Made by a program: the position numbers and the translations under genes. The notes under the pieces were generated by a model. The model had not been told where the DNA came from. It ran no database searches and worked only from the letters and a program-made list of their open reading frames with translations. From positions 201,342 to 265,341 of the forward strand of contig CAWDSW010000004.1 in assembly GCA_963805095.1 (NCBI GenBank): 64,000 nt of DNA. Direction: 5' to 3'. This document shows, piece after piece, positions 29,993-41,877 of this stretch. The stretch is from an uncultured Solirubrobacterales bacterium (GTDB taxonomy: Bacteria > Actinomycetota > Thermoleophilia > Solirubrobacterales > Solirubrobacteraceae). Position 1 is the first letter of the stretch. Each line of letters begins with the position of its first letter.

Positions 29993-30994
29993 ATGACGCG
30001 GATCTTCTCCGGCATCCAGCCGACGGGTCGCAAGCACCTCGGCAATTACATCGGTGCGATCGTCCAGTACGTCGACGGGCAGGATCGCGGCGAGGGGATC
30101 TACTGCGTCGTCGACCTGCACGCGCTGACGGTCCCCTACGAGCCCGAGGCGCTGCGCACCGCGATGTACGACACGATGGCGACGCTGTTGGCGGCGGGCC
30201 TCGACCCGGAACGCTGCATCCTGTTTCGTCAGTCCGACGTCCCCGAGCACACCGAGCTGACCTGGCTTCTGGCGGGGGTCACCGAACTCGGTCGCCTCCA
30301 ACGGATGCACCAGTTCCGCGACAAATCGGTGGCCCAGCGCGAGCTCGTCTCCTCGGGGCTGCTGTTCTATCCGGTGCTGCAGGCGGCCGATGTGCTCGCC
30401 TACCGCGCAGGCGAGGTGCCCGTCGGTGAGGATCAGCGAGAGCACGTGGAGCTGATGCGCGACGTCGCCCGGCGTGTCAACGCCCGCTTCGGCGACGGGT
30501 TGCTGGTCGTCCCCGAGCATCGGATCCCGACCGTCGGCGCTCGGATCATGGACCTGCAGCAGCCGGATCAAAAGATGTCCACGACCGGCGGCACCGCGCA
30601 GGGAACGGTCCTGATGCTCGACGAGCCGCAGACGATCGCCAAGAAGATCCGCGCCGCCGTCACCGACACCGGGTCGGAGGTTCGCCGCGCTCCCGACAAG
30701 GCCGGGATCTCAAACCTGATCGAGATCTACGCGGCGGTTCGAGGCATCAGCCGCGACGAGGTGGAGCGCATGTTCGCCGACTCTCGCTACGGGGACTTCA
30801 AAACGGCCGTCGCGGATGCGGTGATCGAATATCTGGCGCCCGTCCGCGAGCGCTATGAGACGCTGCGCGTCGACGAGGCGGGGCTCGAGCGGGTGCTCGC
30901 GATCGGGGCCGAGAAGGCCCATGCGATCGCGTCTGAGACCGTCGCTGACGTGCGCACGGCGATGGGCGTCGGTCCGGTCCGGGGGTCGGGGTAG
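29993..30994 (+). CDS. trpS: Tryptophanyl-tRNA synthetase
   Basis: SGIQPTG, HLGN (HIGH), YPVLQAADVL, VPVGEDQ, KMST (KMSKS-like). Confidence 0.96.
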   Translation: MTRIFSGIQPTGRKHLGNYIGAIVQYVDGQDRGEGIYCVVDLHALTVPYEPEALRTAMYDTMATLLAAGLDPERCILFRQSDVPEHTELTWLLAGVTELGRLQRMHQFRDKSVAQRELVSSGLLFYPVLQAADVLAYRAGEVPVGEDQREHVELMRDVARRVNARFGDGLLVVPEHRIPTVGARIMDLQQPDQKMSTTGGTAQGTVLMLDEPQTIAKKIRAAVTDTGSEVRRAPDKAGISNLIEIYAAVRGISRDEVERMFADSRYGDFKTAVADAVIEYLAPVRERYETLRVDEAGLERVLAIGAEKAHAIASETVADVRTAMGVGPVRGSG

Positions 30995-31004
30995 TCTCAA
31001 AGCG

Positions 31005-31826
31005 GTGACGGTCGAGGCGAATTCGATTGGTCCTTTGCGGCTGGTCGACCTGGAGCTGGACCTGGAGGTATTCGCGGGCCCGTTCGACCTGCTGCTGACG
31101 CTGGTCCTGCGCGAGGAGGTCGATCTGCTCGAGGTCGACCTGGCGGACGTGGTGATCTCCTACATCGACCATCTGGAGTCGCGGGGCGAGCTGGATCTCG
31201 AGGCCGCGACCGAATTCCTGGTCCTGATCTCGGCGCTGCTGGAGTTGAAATCGAGGCTGATGCTGCCCGGGGAAGAACTCGAGGAGCTCGACCTCGACCC
31301 GGGTGAGGCGGCCGCCGAGCTGCTCGCGCGATTGCTCGACGCCCACCGCTTCCGCGGGGTCTCGGAGCATCTGCGCGGGACGCTGGCCGAGCAGTCGGGA
31401 TACCGCTTCCGCTCGGCGCCATTGCCGTCGTTCCTACGAGCGGCCGCGGTGCCGCTGGCCCGCGCGGTCTACAACCCGACGAGGCTTGGCCGGGCGATCG
31501 GAGAGCTGCTGACGCCGCCCCCCGAGGTTGACATTCGGCATCTGCGCGTCCCGAGGGTGTCGGTGGGCGAGCGGCTCGCGCATCTGCGCGCCCTGCTGCG
31601 GCGTGGTGCGTTCCGCTTCGATGACGCGATCGGGACGGTTGACCGCGAGACGATCGCGGTGACCTTGTTCGCGGTGCTGGAGATGTACAAGCAGGGCGAG
31701 CTGACGTGGACCCAGGATGGCCCGTTCGCCGACATCCGGATAGAGCCGGCCCGGGCTCAGCGGAGGGGGTCGGCGGAACCAATCGGGCAGGCGACCGGAA
31801 CCGTGCGGTGGACAGTAGCCGGATGA
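31005..31826 (+). CDS. scpA: Segregation/condensation protein A
   Basis: LEVFAGPFDLLLTLV, EFLVLISALLELKSRLMLP, LFAVLEMYKQG. Confidence 0.92.
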   Translation: MTVEANSIGPLRLVDLELDLEVFAGPFDLLLTLVLREEVDLLEVDLADVVISYIDHLESRGELDLEAATEFLVLISALLELKSRLMLPGEELEELDLDPGEAAAELLARLLDAHRFRGVSEHLRGTLAEQSGYRFRSAPLPSFLRAAAVPLARAVYNPTRLGRAIGELLTPPPEVDIRHLRVPRVSVGERLAHLRALLRRGAFRFDDAIGTVDRETIAVTLFAVLEMYKQGELTWTQDGPFADIRIEPARAQRRGSAEPIGQATGTVRWTVAG

Positions 31827-31878
31827 CTCACGCCGTCGACCTACAGGCGAGGCTGGATGCCGAGCGGAGGCGTTCAGC

Positions 31879-32454
31879 GTGAGCGCCGAGCTCGACCGGA
31901 TCGTGGAATCGCTGCTGTTCCTCTCGCCCGATCCGGTCAACGCCGCGGCCCTGGCCGACGCGTGCGAGGTCGACGAGGACGAGGTGGTCGCGACCCTGGA
32001 GCGCTTACGCGAGGAGTACAGCTCACAGGACCGCGGGCTCGTGCTGCGTGAGTTGGGAGGCGGCTGGGCTCTATCCTCGCACCCGGATGCAGAGGAGGCG
32101 GCCCGACGGCTGCTGGCGCGGCCTCGAACGCCACCGCTGACCACTGCGCAGGCGGAGACGCTCGCGATCGTCGCGTACCTGCAGCCTGTCTCACGGCCGG
32201 AAATCGCTCGGATCCGTGGGGTCAACGCGGAATCGGCGGCAGCCTCTCTGCTCGAGCGGGGCTTCATCGAGGAGGCGGGCCGGTCGCAGTTCGGCGCCGC
32301 GCTGTATCGAACGACCGACCTGTTCCTGCGCCTGTTCGGCCTCAGCTCGGTCGACGAACTGCCGGACGTGAGCGCGTTCGATCCGTCGCCTGAGCTCGAG
32401 GATCAGCTGCGAGAGCGGCTGCTCCGCGCTGGGGAAGCTCGCGCCACGGGCTGA
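31879..32454 (+). CDS. scpB: SMC-Scp complex subunit ScpB
   Basis: VESLLFLS, AETLAIVAYLQPVSRPEIARIRGV, YRTTDLFLRLFGL. Confidence 0.95.
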   Translation: MSAELDRIVESLLFLSPDPVNAAALADACEVDEDEVVATLERLREEYSSQDRGLVLRELGGGWALSSHPDAEEAARRLLARPRTPPLTTAQAETLAIVAYLQPVSRPEIARIRGVNAESAAASLLERGFIEEAGRSQFGAALYRTTDLFLRLFGLSSVDELPDVSAFDPSPELEDQLRERLLRAGEARATG

Positions 32455-32482
32455 CGCGAGGCTTCTTTCGACGCTCAGTACG

Positions 32483-33511
32483 TCATTGCGTACTTTGGCT
32501 CGAAAGAACCGGAGCCGGCGACCCACCACCTGTCGCGGCGAGCTGGCCGCAGGCCGCCGCGATCTCCCGCCCGCGGGTCAGCCGCAGGGTCGCGCCGACC
32601 CCATGGCGCTCGAGTTCGGCGCGGAAGGCCTCGATCGCTCGCGGGGACGAGCCCTCGAACGGTGACCGTGTCCCGATCGGGTTGTAGGGGATCAGGTTGA
32701 CCTTGAACATCCACGGGTCAAGGAGTCGGGCGAGCGCCGTCGCTTGGGCGTGCGAGTCGTTGACGCCGGCGAGCATCACGTACTCGACGAACACCATCCG
32801 TCGCTTGCGCTCGTAGAACGCGCGGCAGGCAGCCAGCACCTCGTCGAGCGGATAGCGGTCGTTGACCGGCATCAGCTCCGAGCGCAGCGCCGAATCGGCG
32901 GCGTGCAGCGACAGCGCCAGGCGCAACGGCATCGGGTCCTCGGCGAGCCGGGCGATGCCCGGTATCCAGCCGATTGTCGAGATCGCCGTGCGCCGGTTTG
33001 TGACGCCGATCTCGGGCAGCCTGCGGCACGCCTGGAGCACGTTGTCGATGTTCATCATCGGCTCGCCCATCCCCATGAAGACCGCGTGATCGACATTCTC
33101 GATACGTCTGAAGTGCAGCGCCTGGTCGAGGATCTCCCAGCCCGTGAGATTGCGCCCGTAGCGCATCTGACCGGTGGCACAGAAGCTGCAGGTGAGCGGG
33201 CAGCCCGACTGCGAGGACAGGCAGAGCGACCGGCGCCCGTCCCGGTATCGCATCAATACCGCCTCCACCGGGCGACCGTCGACAGTTCGCATCAGCACCT
33301 TGACGGTGCCGTCGCGTGCGTGGGCCTCCTGCTCGACGGTGAGGGTCGAGAATGGAACGCGCTCTGCCAGCGTGGCTCGCAGGGACCGTGGAAGGTCGGT
33401 CATCTCCGCATACCCGCCGGCGCCCTGCGCAGCCCACTTCCAGACCTGCCGCGTTCGGTAGGCAGGTTCTCCGAGGTCTGACAGCGCCTGAGCGACCAGA
33501 TCGAGGTCCAC
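32483..33511 (-). CDS. rlmN: Radical SAM 23S rRNA/tRNA methyltransferase RlmN
   Basis: CLSSQSGCPLTCSFCATG, MGMGEP, LSLHA, VNLIPYNP, IAAACGQL; start trimmed to GTG 33511. Confidence 0.94.
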   Translation of the reverse strand: MDLDLVAQALSDLGEPAYRTRQVWKWAAQGAGGYAEMTDLPRSLRATLAERVPFSTLTVEQEAHARDGTVKVLMRTVDGRPVEAVLMRYRDGRRSLCLSSQSGCPLTCSFCATGQMRYGRNLTGWEILDQALHFRRIENVDHAVFMGMGEPMMNIDNVLQACRRLPEIGVTNRRTAISTIGWIPGIARLAEDPMPLRLALSLHAADSALRSELMPVNDRYPLDEVLAACRAFYERKRRMVFVEYVMLAGVNDSHAQATALARLLDPWMFKVNLIPYNPIGTRSPFEGSSPRAIEAFRAELERHGVGATLRLTRGREIAAACGQLAATGGGSPAPVLSSQSTQ

Positions 33512-33557
33512 GATCTGTCTATGGTGGCAGGGTGGTGCGCGTGGAAAATTACGCCTG

Positions 33558-34403
33558 ATGCGACTCGTCAAATTTCTCGCCAACGCGGGCGTCGCCTCGC
33601 GCCGCGCCTCGGAGGAGATCATCCGCACCGGGCGCGTGCGGATCGACGGAGAGCCGGTGCTCGACCCGGCGCGCGACGTCGGGCCTGACGATGAGATCAC
33701 GCTCGACGGCAACCCCGTCGGCGAAGATCCGGTCCGGCGAGTCGTTTACGCCGTCAACAAGCCGGCCGGTGTCGTCTCGACTGCGAGCGATCCACAGCGG
33801 CGGCGGACCGTCGTCGATTTGGTCAGCGGACCCCTGCGCCTGTTCCCAGTCGGTCGTCTGGACGCCGACACCACCGGCCTGATCCTGCTCACCAACGACG
33901 GCGAGCTCGCCCACCATCTGACGCATCCGAGCTTCGAGGTCGACAAGACCTACCGTGCGGTCGTATCGCGCCCGCCGGTGCGGGCGCACGCGCTGCGTGC
34001 GCTTCGCGCGGGGGTCCGGCTCGACGACGGGCTGACGACGCCGGCGCGGGTCACGCGGGTGGCCCCCGACATACTCGAGCTGACGATCCACGAGGGCCGC
34101 AAGCGTCAGATCCGGCGAATGTGCGATCACGTCGGCCATCCGGTCGTGTCGCTGCAGCGGGTGCGGTTCGGTCCGCTGCGCCTGGGTGACCTGCCGGTCG
34201 GCGGCGTCAGGCTCCTGACCGCGGCTGAGGTCAGCCTGCTCCGAAGCGCCGGGCCGGGGAGCTCCCGGCACCCGCACCCGGCCGGCCCGAAGGCTCGCCC
34301 TAGCGCTGGATCAGCACCCCGTCGCGCGACAGCCGCGTCGCCGTCAGCGCCGAGGCGAGCTCCGCGCGGGTCACGTCCACCGGATCGCCGGCGCGCAGGA
34401 TAG
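33558..34403 (+). CDS. rluB: RsuA/RluB-family pseudouridine synthase
   Basis: S4 domain (RLVKFLANAGVASRR), NKPAGVV, PVGRLDADTTGL, EGRKRQIRRM. Confidence 0.88.
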   Translation: MRLVKFLANAGVASRRASEEIIRTGRVRIDGEPVLDPARDVGPDDEITLDGNPVGEDPVRRVVYAVNKPAGVVSTASDPQRRRTVVDLVSGPLRLFPVGRLDADTTGLILLTNDGELAHHLTHPSFEVDKTYRAVVSRPPVRAHALRALRAGVRLDDGLTTPARVTRVAPDILELTIHEGRKRQIRRMCDHVGHPVVSLQRVRFGPLRLGDLPVGGVRLLTAAEVSLLRSAGPGSSRHPHPAGPKARPSAGSAPRRATAASPSAPRRAPRGSRPPDRRRAG

Positions 34404-34518
34404 TGACCGTGAACTGCTCAATCCGTCCCCTGGACACCTCGCGCCGGCACGGCGGCGAGGAGAGTCAGCGCGCTGACCGGCACGGGGTCAGCATCTTCCT
34501 CTGTCAAACTCGGGCGCG

Positions 34519-34887
34519 ATGCAGCGTTTGTTCGCGCTCAGAGGCGCCAACAGCGTGGAGCGCAACGACGCCGAGTCGATCCTGTCGGCTACAGCTGAGC
34601 TGATCCACGAGACTGATGGCTCGCAACGGCCTGACGGCGGAGTCGATGGTGAGCTGCCTTTTCACCCTGACCGAGGACCTCGACGCCGAGTTTCCCGCCG
34701 TTGCGGCTCGAGCGCTTGGGTTATCCAAGTTCCGCTGATGTGCATGCGTGAGGTCCCGGTGCCCGGCTCGCTACCGCGGGTGATCCGGACGATGGTCCAT
34801 TACTACGCGGACGAGGACCATGTGCCGCGGCACGTCTACCTCGGCGAGGCCCGCGTGTTGCGGGCCGATCTCAAGTCGGCGCAGTAG
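34519..34887 (+). CDS. aroH: AroH-type chorismate mutase (compensating internal frameshifts)
   Basis: RLFALRGA...; SCLFTLTEDLDAEFPAVAARALG in an alternate frame; VPLMCMREVPVPGSLPRVIR, HVYLGEARVLRADL. Confidence 0.85.
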   Translation: MQRLFALRGANSVERNDAESILSATAELIHETDGSQRPDGGVDGELPFHPDRGPRRRVSRRCGSSAWVIQVPLMCMREVPVPGSLPRVIRTMVHYYADEDHVPRHVYLGEARVLRADLKSAQ

Positions 34888-34907
34888 GACACTAGGCTTC
34901 ACGGGAC

Positions 34908-36011
34908 ATGGCACTCGAGTTTGCAGAGCGAATTCGCCGGATCCCGGTGTACCCGGTCGCGGCCGGCTACGACCTCGGTGAGGACATGGCGATGCTCGCG
35001 TCCAACGAGAGTCCGTTCGCCCCCCAGGAGGCGGTCAGCGCGGCCGCAGCCAGGGCGCTTGCCGGCGCCACCGCTATCCCGACCCCGTCTTACGAGCCGC
35101 TGCGCACGGCGTTGTCGGAGCGCTACGGACTGGCGCCGGAGCGCATCGCGCTTGGCTCCGGCTCGTGCGACATCCTCCTGGCCGCCGGTGATGCGCTGCT
35201 CGAGCCCGGCGCCGAGGTCGTCTACGCATGGCCGGCGTTCAGCGTTTATCCCCACCTCGGCTGCCGCCTCGGGCGCCCGCGCGATCGAGGTGCCGCTCGA
35301 CTCCGAGGAGCGACCACGACCTCGACGCAATGCTCGCCGAGGTCACGGTCGCGACCCGCCTCGTGCTGATCTGCAACCCCAACAACCCGACCTCGACGGC
35401 GCTTCGGCTCGAGGAGATCGAGCAGTTTCTGAAGCGGGTCCCGGCCCACGTCTGCGTGATTCTCGACGAGGCCTACTGCGAGTTCTCGCTGGCGCTCGGC
35501 GACACCTATCGCCTCGCTCGGGCTGCTCAACCGCTATCCGAACCTGGTGATGCTGCGAACCTTCTCGAAGGTCTACGGGCTCGCTGGGCTGCGGGTCGGC
35601 TACGGCCTCTGCGGCAGGACAGCCTCCGGATCGCGGTCGACCAGGTGCGCCAGCCGTTCTATCTGACCTCGCAGCGCAGGCGGCGGCGGTCGAGGCGCTG
35701 CGCCACCAGGACGAGGTCGAGCGGCGGGTGGTCGCGACGATCGCCGCGCGCGACAACCTCCCGAGGGTGTCCGCGAGCTCGGCCTGTGGGTGGCGGAGAG
35801 CGACGCCAACTTCATCTGGATGCGCCTGCCCGACGAGGACGAGGGCGCAACCGTCGCCGCGCTGCGCGACCGCGGCGTGCTGGTACGTGCGGGCTCGGCG
35901 CTTGGCGGCGCCGGCTTCGTCCGCGTGACGCTCGGCACCGACGCCGAGAACGACCGGTTCGTCTCGGCGCTCCGAGCGATCCTGGCCGGACTTGATCGCG
36001 TTGGAAGTTAA
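34908..36011 (+). CDS. hisC: Histidinol-phosphate/aromatic aminotransferase (several frameshifts)
   Basis: Fragments [55 protein letters not shown] in three frames. Confidence 0.85.
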
Positions 36012-36040
36012 GCCGGTCCCGGGCGGCTTAACTTCCAACG
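35999..36040. terminator. Perfect 17-bp inverted repeat overlapping the hisC stop
   Basis: CGTTGGAAGTTAAGCCG (35999-36015) / CGGCTTAACTTCCAACG (36024-36040). Confidence 0.65.
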
Positions 36041-36085
36041 AACGATTGGGTCCACCCGCGCGCTGGTAACCTGAACCTCCGCGCC

Positions 36086-36148
36086 ATGGTCAACGTTGAG
36101 ACACCCAACTCGCTGGCCTTCTACGCGCGCTACTGGCGATTTAGCTAG
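36086..36148 (+). CDS. Putative aromatic-amino-acid leader peptide MVNVETPNSLAFYARYWRFS
   Basis: ATG...TAG, 20 codons; 5 aromatic residues (F,Y,Y,W,F) within 8 consecutive codons near the C-terminus; TGG-TAACCT -10 at 36064-36072; upstream of DAHP synthase. Confidence 0.8.
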   Translation: MVNVETPNSLAFYARYWRFS

Positions 36149-36276
36149 GCGCTCGGCCAGACACCCTCCTGCCCGACCTGGCGCGCGGGCAGCTGAAATC
36201 AGGGAGCCGAGCGCCGCCCCGTACCGCGCCAGTGCCGCAAAGGTGGGCGGGTGGGTCAAGTGGTCGCACCTTTTCA
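36132..36276 (+). promoter_or_regulatory. Candidate attenuator RNA helices of the aroF leader
   Basis: GGCGCTCGGC (36148)/GCCGAGCGCC (36206) stem with inner CTGCCCG/CGGGCAG; ACTGGCG (36132, Tyr-Trp codons)/CGCCAGT (36227); AAAGGTG/CACCTTT hairpin followed by T-run. Confidence 0.55.
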
Positions 36277-36365
36277 CCTCGCGCGGGCTCCGGATTTCCG
36301 TACAGTCATTGAGCGCAGAAGAGAGTCGAACCCAATGAATCGTCGTCCAAACCCAGACCAGCGAA

Positions 36366-37461
<1,096 letters not shown>

Positions 37462-37489
37462 GCAGCTCGTACCGCGGGCGGAGGGACCA

Positions 37490-38568
37490 TTGCGCGATCG
37501 CGGTTATCGGCCTCGGTCTGATCGGCGGCTCGATCGCGCTGGCCGCGCGTGAGCGCCTCGCGGCCGAGACGACGGGCTGGGACGCTCGACCCCGCGGCGA
37601 TCGCTGCAGCCGGCGCACGCGGCGCGATCGACTCCAGCGCCGCTCGCTCGCCAGCGCCGTCGACGACGCGGACGCCGCGTTCATCGCCGCGCCGGTCGGC
37701 GCGCTTCCGGAGCTGGTCGGCGAGGTTCTTGCGCACGGCGCCCGCGGGCTGTCGTCGTCACCGATGTCGGCTCGACCAAGCGGGTCGATCGTCGACGCCC
37801 AGCGACGATCCGCGATTCGTCGGCGGCCATCCGCTGGCGGGCGCCGAGACCTGCGGGGTCGGGCACGCCCGCGCCGACCTGTTCGACGGGGCCACCTGGT
37901 ATCTGACGCCGACGCGCCACTACCGACGGGATCGCTATGCGCCTCTGCCGGCTGCTGTCGACGGCTTCGGGGCCGAGCCGAGCGCGATCGATGCTGCCGA
38001 CCACGATGCGACCTGATGCGCTGGTCTCGCATCTGCCGCACGTGCTTCGCCAACGTGCTCGTCGACCAGGCCTCGACGGCGCCCGGGGCCGAGGTGAGCG
38101 GCTGCCTGCGACCGGCCCGAGCTTCCGCGACGCGACCCGCGTGGCGGGAGCGAACTCCGCCATCTGGACGGATATCTATATGAGCAACCGCGACGCATTG
38201 ATGGCTGCGATCGATGCGACGATCGATCGCCTCGGCTCGGTACGCTCAGCGCTGGTCGCCGGCGACGAGGGGTGGATCAGGCAGTGGAACGACGACGCAG
38301 CGGCCGCGCGCCGGCAGCTCGCGGCAGCCGATCGGCGAGCGGCGCCGACCTGCACGAGCTGCGAGTCGCGGTTCCCAACCGGCCCGGGGTGGTCGCTCAG
38401 ATCGCGCTCGAGCTCGGGCGCGCCGGCGTGAATATCGCCGACCTCGCGCTCCACCCCGCACCAAACATGACCGAGGGCGTCGTCGCCCTGTGGGTGGCCG
38501 GCACGGACACCGCGGCGCGGACCGAGCAGATCATCGGAGTCCTCGGCTTCGAGGTGTTCCGCCCGTGA
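37490..38568 (+). CDS. tyrA: Prephenate dehydrogenase with C-terminal ACT domain (frameshifted)
   Basis: IGLGLIGGS, FVGGHPLAGAE, SHLPH, GPSFRDATRVAG, ACT segment VPNRPGVVAQI. Confidence 0.85.
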
Positions 38569-39868
38569 GCAGCGCGTCGCTGGTCGTCTCTCCTGGCAGC
38601 CCGCCGGCCCGCTGGGAGGTTCGCGTCCCCGGTTCCAAGAGCATCACCAACCGCGCGTTGCTGCTCGCGGGGGTCGCGGACGGCCAGTCGCGCTCTCAGA
38701 ACCCGCTGGTGGCCGACGACACCGAGGTGATGGCGGCTGCGCTGCGCGCGCTTGGGGCCTCCGTCGAGCTCGAGGAAGCGGACCGCGCCGACGCCGGCCG
38801 GCTGCGCTGGGCGGTCGGTGGCCTCGGCGGGCCGCCGACGGGTACCGCGGCGGTGTACTGCGGGAGGGCGCGACGGTCGGGCGCTTCCTGGTGCCGATGC
38901 TCGCCGCCGGCACGTGGGCGCTTCGGCGTCGACGCGCACCCACAGCTGCGCCGCCGGCCGCTCGGACCGGTGCTGGCGGCGCTGGCGCCCAGGGAGCAGC
39001 GATCGACGGCGAGGCGTTCCCGCTCGTGATCGGCGCCGCTGGGCTGTCGGGCGGCGAGGTCGAGGTCGACGCCTCGGTCTCGAGCCAGTTCCTGTCGGGC
39101 CTGCTGATGGCGGCGCCGTTCGCGCGGGCGAGCGACGACGCTGCGCTTCGAGACGCTGGTCAGCAAGCCCGTACCTCGACCTGACGCTCGAACGCGATGC
39201 GGGCGTTCGGTGTCGGGGTGGACGTCGGCGAGCGGGACTGTCGGTCGAGCGCGCGCCGCGTACCGGGCTGCCGAGTTCGAGATCGAGCCGGACGCCTCGA
39301 CCGCCTCCTACTTCCTGGCGAGCGCCGCGATCACCGGCACGACCGTGCGCCTGCCGGGCCTCGAGCCGCGAGCGACCGCGCAGGGCGACATCGAGCTCGT
39401 CGGCTTCCTGGAGCAGATGGGCTGCACGGTGCGCGACGGCGAGGCGCTCGAGCTCACCGGACCCGCCCAGCTGCGCGGCGTCACCGTCGACATGGGCAAC
39501 AGCTCGGACGTGTTCATGACGCTGGCCTGCGTCGCGCCGTTCGCCGACGGTCCGACGACCATCGAGGGAATCGGGCACGCCCGCGTCAAGGAGTCCGACC
39601 GGCATCGCCGCGTGCGCCGAAAACCTGCGCGCGCTCGGGATCGAGGTCGATGAGGGCGCCGACTACCTGCGGGTCGCAGCCCGGCGAGCCGCAGCGCGGC
39701 GTCGGCTGCCCACCTACGACGACCACCGGATCGCGATGGCGTTCTCGCTGATCGGAACGCGCGTGCCGGTTGACGCTCGAGGACCCGGCGGTGGTCGGCA
39801 AGACCTGTCCCGAGTTCTTCGACCTCTGGCGGGTGACCGGCGCCACGGTCGATCAGGCGGCGGCCTGA
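38565..39868 (+). CDS. aroA: EPSP synthase (frameshifted)
   Basis: VPGSKSITNRALL, SSQFLSGLLM, EPDASTASYF, RVKESDR, TYDDHRIAMAFS, KTCPEFF. Confidence 0.9.
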
Positions 39869-40470
39869 TGGTGATCGCGCATCGACGGTCCAGCGGGGGC
39901 CGGGAAGTCGACCGTGGCCAAGGCGGTCGCGTCGCGGCTCGGGGTTCACCTATCTCGACACCGGCGCGATGTACCGTGCGTCGCGCTCGCCGCGCTCGAG
40001 CGCCAGGCGCGAGCCCGGCGGAGCTCGCGCGGGCACTACGGATCGAGCTCGGCGACCGGGTGCTGCTCGACGGCGAGGACGTCACCGAGGCGATCCGCAG
40101 CCCCGAGGTGTCGGAGCGCCGCGTCGCAGGTGGCGGCCGAGCCGGCGGTGCGGGCGGCGATGGTCGCCGAGCAGCGGCGGCTGCTGGCCGACGGCGATTG
40201 GGTGGCCGAAGGCCGCGACATCGGCACCGTGGTCGCGCCCGACGCCGAGCTCAAGGTCTTCCTGACCGCCGATCCGGCCGAGCGGGCGCGCCGCCGCGCT
40301 GCGCGAACTTGGGGTCGACGCACGCGACGGTGCTGGCCGAGCAGACGATCCGCGACGAGCGCGACAGCACGCGCGCGGAGTCGCCGCTGCGTCCCGCCGA
40401 GGCGCGGTCGAGCTCGACACGACCGGCCTCACGCGTGGAGCAGGTGGTGCGACCGGATCGTCGGCTCTGA
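39868..40470 (+). CDS. cmk: Cytidylate kinase (frameshifted)
   Basis: [46 protein letters not shown]. Confidence 0.88.
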   Translation: MVIAHRRSSGGREVDRGQGGRVAARGSPISTPARCTVRRARRARAPGASPAELARALRIELGDRVLLDGEDVTEAIRSPEVSERRVAGGGRAGGAGGDGRRAAAAAGRRRLGGRRPRHRHRGRARRRAQGLPDRRSGRAGAPPRCANLGSTHATVLAEQTIRDERDSTRAESPLRPAEARSSSTRPASRVEQVVRPDRRL

Positions 40471-40512
40471 GTCGCGGGCGTTCGCTAGCAGCCCGCTAAC
40501 GCTCGGAGCGCT

Positions 40513-41877
40513 ATGAAGGTCGCAATCGTCGGATACCCGAACGTCGGGAAGTCGTCGCTCGTCAATCGCCTCACGGAGTCGCGGGAGGCGGTTGTGCACG
40601 AGCTCTCCGGCGTCACCCGGGACCGCAAGGAGCTGACGACCGACTGGAACGGGCGCTCGCTGACGCTGATCGACACCGGCGGGGTCGACCTCGAAGAGCG
40701 CGATGACCTGGCCCGCCAAATCCAGCAGCAGTCGCGGGACGCGCTTGACCGAGGCCGACGTCGCGGTGCTGGTCGTCGACGCCGCGCCGGGATCCGCCCC
40801 GGCGATCTCGACATGGCGGACATGCTGCGCAAGGTCACGATCCCGGTGATCGTCGCCGCCAACAAGGTCGACACGGTCGGAGACGTGTCGCTGGCGGCCG
40901 AGTTTCACGCGCTCGGGCTCGGCGAGCCGGTCGCGGTCTCGGCGGCGCAGGGGCTCGGCACCGGCGACCTGCTCGACCGGATCGTCGAGTCGTCCGGGCC
41001 CGACGCCCGAGCCAGGCTCCGAGGCGGACGAAGCCGAAGACCCGATCCGCCTGGCGGTGATCGGACGTCCGAACGTCGGCAAGTCCTCGCTGGTCAACCG
41101 CTTTCTCGGGGTCCGATCGGGTGATCGTCTCGGAGCTCGCCGGCACCACCCGTGACGCGATCGATATGCCGATGACGTTCGAGGATCGAGCGCTGGTGCT
41201 GGTCGACACCGCCGGGCTGCGGCGGCAGGCCAAGGTGGGCGAGTCGCTCGAGTACTACACCGCGCTGCGCTCGCAGCGGGCGGCGGACCGCGCGGACGTC
41301 GCGCTCGTCGTCTGCGACGCCACGGACGGCGTCACCTCGCAGGATTTCCGGGTCGCCGAGATGGCGATGAAGAGCCGGCTGCGCGACCGCGCTCGTGCTC
41401 AACAAATGGGATCTGCAATCCGACGGCGAGGTTGGGGTCGGTCCCGACGAGCTGGCGCACGAGCGTATCCGGGTAAACCGGAAGCTGCGCCTCCGCCCCC
41501 GGGTGCTGACCGCCAGCGCCAAGACCGGCCGGCACGTCGAACGGATCCTGATCGAGGCGGTTGGGCTCGCGGACCGCAGCCGAAACCGGATTCCGACGCC
41601 GCAGCTGAACCGCTTCATCTCCGATGTGGTCGCTACCCGCCAGCCGCCGGCGGGCAAACGCCGGCACAGCAACCAGCGGCTGAAGCTGCTGTTCATGACC
41701 CAGACCGGGACCGGCCTCCGCGCTTCTCGATCCAGGTGAACTCGCGCGGGCTGGTGACTCGGGACTACGCGCTACTTCGTCGAGAACCGGATGCGCGAGC
41801 GCTACCGGCTCGAGGGGATCCCGCTGATGATCGACTTCGTCGAGCGCAACGAGCGCCGCGGCCACACCGAGCGTTAG
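40513..41877 (+). CDS. der: Ribosome biogenesis GTPase Der (frameshifted)
   Basis: Two G domains: [25 protein letters not shown] and [27 protein letters not shown]. Confidence 0.92.

Noticed and set aside
32483-33511. Cfr-type resistance methyltransferase (inverted gene between scpB and rluB)
   Set aside because: Core housekeeping context, no mobile-element signatures and motifs consistent with ordinary RlmN; a phylogeny would be needed to claim otherwise.
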